DNA of 64,000 bases, from assembly GCA_044892525.1 (NCBI GenBank), contig CM097885.1, positions 210,738,001-210,802,000 on the forward strand, written 5' to 3'. Below, piece by piece: positions 59,201 to 64,000 of the stretch. The notes under the pieces were generated by a model. It saw only the letters and a list, made by a program, of their open reading frames with translations, was not told the DNA's origin and did no database searches. Positions within the stretch are counted from its first letter, which is position 1. Each line of letters starts with the position of its first letter. The stretch comes from Schmidtea polychroa (lineage: Eukaryota). A program made the translations under genes and the position numbers.

Positions 59201-60640
59201 GAATTAAATTGTGTCTAATAATCGCTAATAAATTGTTTGTAAATTTTGTGATATTTGCATTTAATATTTTTTAAATAATCGCATTTCTTCATGTATAATA
59301 GAGAGTCACTTAATTGGTATTTTTTAATAACCAAAAAGTTTACTTTGAAAGAATTACAATTCTTAAAGATTGCTTATTCTTGTAAATTGTTGCATAAAAT
59401 AATAAATAAACACTTTAGTTTTATTTTGTTTGTTTTCTTAACCGAAGTAATGAAAACAATTGCATTAAGTCATCAAATGCGCAGCGGAACAGTATAATAA
59501 AACTATGATTTGTATAATAAAACTATGATTTCATTTGGGGCGCCGTTAAAAATATACCAAAAAGGTTTGGGTTGGCCGATAAAGAATATCAGATTATTTC
59601 TGTGGTTTTCAAAATAAAATATTAACCATAACCCAGTGGCGCCCTATGAAATTTGGAGTCCCCGTGTTAAGAATTATATGGTGTCTTAAAAAATGTTTTC
59701 AAATATTTTATTAACAAAAATAAAGAACATACTCATTTCGAAAACAAAAATTGTACTTTCAAAAATAAATTCATTTTAAAAGAAAATTTTAATTCAATAA
59801 CAAAATTATAAAAAATATTATATTCACGGTTTGGATATTTTTAAATATGTAAAAAAAGGTGAAATACATTCAAATTCACTTTATAAAAGTTTTGGACCAG
59901 AGAATTTTGTTATTTCAGAAAAAATGTTGAAAGTTTTGGGAGTGTTTTCAAAATGACTTTACGTTTACACAACGTGGCGTTGTTAAAATGTTTGAAATGA
60001 TAACATTAAGGTTTCCCAATCCTTAGTTTCACTATATTGTAAGAAACTTGATTTAACCACAAAAAGATTACGAAATGTTTCTGACAAAGCTATTTCTCTA
60101 AAAATTACAGCAAAACGAAAAAAAACTTTTTTAAAATACTGTGTTTTCCAATTCCTCTTTATTGTACTTGAATGAAACAGGATTCAACCTTTTATACTTC
60201 CAAAAGGTATGGTTATTTTCCAAAGAAATGTTCCTGGGAATTTGATTGTCTCTGCGAAGACGAGTCAAAATATATTATTATTAAATGTCATCGTGACACT
60301 AATAGATAAAAAAAGGGACCTATATCAGTAAATATCGAAATTAAAATGAAATAATTGTTATATTCAATATTTTATAAAATTTAAATATTACTTGAAGCTG
60401 TTCACATTCATTAGCAAGTTTTCTAATTATTTCCATAGTAGCATCAACCAGCTCAACTCCATCTGTTAGATGGCCTTTTGCCCAGTTACTTCCTGAACCT
60501 TGAGTTCCACAAATTGCAAGTTCTGGAGAAAAATATTCTTTATGCGAACAACATAGAATACAGTCTACGGTAGATGGCTCCATGTCAACCATTATTGTTC
60601 TTGGAGTATACTTTACTTTATCTACGGAGTCAATGATTAC
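56233..60640 (-). CDS. TUBB: Divergent beta-tubulin; exons ~60640-60392, 57173-56595, 56550-56233; 5' exon(s) not located
   Basis: [22 protein letters not shown]|[46 protein letters not shown]; GT-AG phase-0 introns at 57174-60391 and 56551-56594. Confidence 0.9.
57510..58340. repeat. LTR-like repeat in the tubulin intron (inverted relative to the other solo-LTR-like repeats); boundaries approximate
   Basis: Compositional resemblance only. Confidence 0.3.
58500..58950 (+). mobile_element. Buster-type hAT transposase remnant
   Basis: [15 protein letters not shown] resembles SDIFxKLNxLNLSLQG; disrupted. Confidence 0.5.
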
Positions 60641-61357
60641 TATTTAATTATCTTATTATCAAATATTCTCTAAAATTCCAACATTATAAAATCATGAACT
60701 CTGTCTGCACTCAACAAAATTATTCCACATTTTTGAGAATTTTTTTTGTAAATTTTGTTAAAAAATAAAGAATATCAAAATAATCCCTATTAATTTTTTT
60801 GTTATATATAAATAAGATTTTTATTTGTTACTTATTATTGTAAATAGTATATGATTGATTATATATTATTAATTATACTAAAATTTAAAATATTTACAAG
60901 TTATTATTTTATTATACATTTCAAGTTGAAGTTATTGAATTTTATATTATTTGATCTCATATCAGTTTCAGAATGATAAATATTGAAAACATTCTTATAA
61001 TTTACTACTGATTCAGTTTTTCAATATAGTTACAATAACTGAACAATGAATATCTTGGTAGTGCCACTCTCATATCTTTTTCACAACAAAATTGATTGCT
61101 TTTCTTCATTTTAGTGTCTACTATTGTGAATATATTTTTATTATTATCTATTATGTGTATCTTTTCGACATTTCAATTGCGTTTGTACTTGAACTGCAGG
61201 AAAACTTTCTAGTATCCAGCAGCGTCACATTTAAAAAGAAACTGACTCGGGACAGCTGGGGTGATTGTATGTTATTATGAATGAAATTGCAATGATAGTA
61301 AATAGTAACAATAATAATAAAATTAATAATTTTTATCAAATAAACAAAATCTTAGTA

Positions 61358-62204
61358 CAGTGGCGAGCAAAGGTTTTTGCTAGTGGTACATAAAATCAGA
61401 TATTCATTAATATATATTTATGTATGTTTCGTAAGAAGACCAATCTTCTCAAGAATGTTAAATGTTAATCATGTTAAGAAATATTTTTAAAAATTGCATT
61501 TGTTTGAATTTATTAAAGCATTGAAGTATAACTTCGCTAATTTTAAGCGAGCAAAGGTTTTTGCTAGAAATTGAAAAGTTTAAAATGGTTGCGACATCTC
61601 ATTAACTTTGTGACAAAACTTTTATAATATAATACATAGATAATTAATATTTAGAATGCATTCCACAATTTTTAATAATGTTTTTTTAGTCTCTTTGGAA
61701 TTGATCTGTATAGATCAAATATCATTTGGTCCGGTATTAGGTTCCATTCTGTTAAAATAATGTACCATAATTCGATAGATGTTTTCGGAGTTCTTTTATA
61801 TACTTTGTCCTTCAAGATCGATCATAAATTATCTATTATGTTTATGTCAGGTGATTTTGGGGGATAATCACTTATGAAGGAAATACCTTTCCTAATCAGA
61901 AATTCTGTAGTGAACTTCGAACGATGGCATGAAGCACCGTCTTGCATAAAAATAATTTCCGGAGAAATAGGTCTCGAAGGCCTATTCCAATAACAGTTTC
62001 ATAAGCAGCAGAATCTAGTCTTCTCGGACATTTTATCAACATTCGTTTTCCATTCCCTAAAATAGCTCCCCATACTAATATTGAAGTACCTCCTTGTCGC
62101 AATGTTTTACACGTAAATTTGTTCTTAAAACGACTATTTATAGGTCTTCGAACATAACAACGCCGAGTGGTATATAAGTCAAACCGTACCTCATCAGTAA
62201 ACAT
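61358..62204 (-). mobile_element. Tc1-like transposon remnant with IR/DR-type end
   Basis: TA-CAGTGGCGAGCAAAGGTTTTTGCTAG, inner direct repeat at 61547-61567; FTDEVRF..VWGAI (ORF 61896-62204) then frameshifted FMQDGASCH..YPPKSPDINIIDNLW. Confidence 0.82.
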
Positions 62205-63397
62205 TAGACAGTAAATTAATTGAGATTTATGGTTAAGATCAATGTTTTATTAAAGTTTCTATTAATTATCCGGAGTTTAATTAAGTAGTGTTGATGACCA
62301 ATTTATTTAAAATCTTTACAGATAATTGGGATTGATATCAAATTTAAATTATTTTTATCTTTATGAAAATGTTATAGACAAACAAAAGTTGAGAAATATT
62401 AACTTAAAAGAGTTGTACATCGACTAAAGAAAATTGATCTTTATTGGAAGAAATTTATTGGGTGATTTTAATTAGAAATTAAATCGGTTGAATATCGATA
62501 AAATATGATCATTTGAAAAAATATATTAGATGGATAAATTTAATTTTCTAATGCAACTAGTCAGTTATATTGTACAGTAATATTTATTTTAAATTTTGAG
62601 TAGAACAAAAATTTAATTATTTTTAATTATTTTAAACGTTTGCGGACGGTAGGCCAGCACTGCTGACCACGAATTTTGTTTCAGACGTTCTACAATGTAT
62701 AATGGCCAGCTGAGTTGGCCAAACTTTAAAAAAATCATACCACGATATCGAGCATTCGTATACTAAAAGATTTTATGCTAAAAAAATAATATATTAAAAT
62801 ATTACTTATGTTGGGCTGGAACCCAGAATTGAGAGCTTGTTTTATTGAATCAAAAATATATAACAAAAAAATCGCACCAAGTTAAATTAGAACACCAATC
62901 AATACAAATTAAAGTACATAACACATTGATGATAAATAAGACCGGGTAATAAAATAAAGGAACGCAAAAAAAGGTCGCGATCACTAACACAGTTAGCAGA
63001 AATATCGCATTCGGAATAACTAACAACAAAAAAATAAAATAATAATAAAATAATGGATAATAAATTAATTAATAATATGAAAAATGGTTAAATAAATAAA
63101 TTTAAAATTTAAAATAAAATATCTATTAAACTGATAAAATGATAAAAAGTAGAATAAAAGTAGAAAAATTAGATGAATTATAAAATTTATAAAACCAGAT
63201 TGTTTAAATCAATGAAACTAAAATAAAGTTAACTAAACTTATTTAAAATTATAAAAACTTGTAAAACTAAATTAAAATTAGCAAAAACTATTTAAATTAT
63301 AGAATTATAAAAATAAATCTTAAAAATTAATAAAAAATAGAATTTTGATTAATTAAATTAATTAAATTAAAAAATAAACAATAGCACACATTCACGC

Positions 63398-63485
63398 ATG
63401 CATGCAAAAACTAATCAGAATTGCCTCGCATTCTAATTGGATGCATGCAAAAACTAATCAGAATTGCCTCGCATTCTAATTGGAT
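63398..63485. repeat. 43-bp tandem duplication (2 copies)
   Basis: atgcatgcaaaaactaatcagaattgcctcgcattctaattgg repeated. Confidence 0.9.
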
Positions 63486-64000
63486 ATAGTAGCAGAGAAT
63501 GCGTAGGCGTACAATTCAATCAGTATAAATACGGATTGAAATTTCAGTTGTTCAACTTGTTAAACTAGTTTTCAGATTTACACAACAAATCGTTTTTCAG
63601 GCAGTGAACATATGCTCTCAATTTTTGATTTTATGCCATCGTGGATTAAACTGGGTAATTTTATTTTAATATGAAATTTTTATGTAATGTTTTAGGTTAA
63701 ATAAATTTTATATTCAATTTAGTTTAGTTGTTTAATTGTTTAATTTTCGTTTAATTTTTAAGTTTTGGATAATAATTTTTATTGGGTACAATTGTTAGGC
63801 TTATTATTTATGGAAAATAATTACAGTGAAGCTGAGATCCAGTAGGCCACAGCTTAAGGGACACTATTTGTTCCTCTTTCGAGTAGGTCGACTGGCTTTT
63901 CAGATTCACGCGGCTTGATCGGGCCATAATGTGGGGGCTTCTCCACTGGTCTGTCGCCGTAAGTATTTCTATTGGAATATAGGTTAAAATTAGAAATACA

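Noticed and set aside
61151-61339. Possible upstream beta-tubulin exon (QLSRVSFFLN resembling QLERINVYYN)
   Set aside because: I could not find splice sites with a phase compatible with the exon at ~60640; similarity is too short to call.
59488-63485. Short tandem repeats as possible CRISPR arrays
   Set aside because: Two-copy tandem duplications with no spacers, no cas genes, and a eukaryotic context.

Overview
AT-rich, intron-containing, transposon-dense animal (invertebrate-like) genomic DNA with many short N runs; nothing here looks prokaryotic. The dominant feature is a young ~15 kb Ty3/Gypsy LTR retrotransposon on the minus strand (visible 4032-19160; near-identical ~1 kb LTRs, tRNA-Trp PBS, PPT) with a very unusual layout: gag (four CCHC knuckles), then a long reading unit of tandem ubiquitin-like domains - internal signal peptide - chuvirus/gB-like (class III) envelope glycoprotein - TM - protease - RT - RNase H - integrase - second signal peptide - fibronectin-III-like membrane protein, followed by a REX4/ISG20-like DEDDh exonuclease with degenerate catalytic residues and a basic ORF. 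The env therefore lies upstream of pol, and its C-terminal end is in the same ORF as the protease. The breaks between these ORFs are single-base slips at short homopolymers plus two in-frame stops. The rest of the window holds a proteasome alpha-3 (PSMA4-like) processed pseudogene, scattered minus-strand exons of a coiled-coil host gene with a CSPP1/CCDC66-like motif, a three-level TE nest (old Gypsy > hAT MITE > intact hATm transposon), pogo/Tc1/mariner/Buster remnants, several MITEs and solo-LTR-like repeats, an intronless Cys-loop anion channel gene and a highly divergent tail-less beta-tubulin. All family assignments come from motif recognition by eye; no database search was run.
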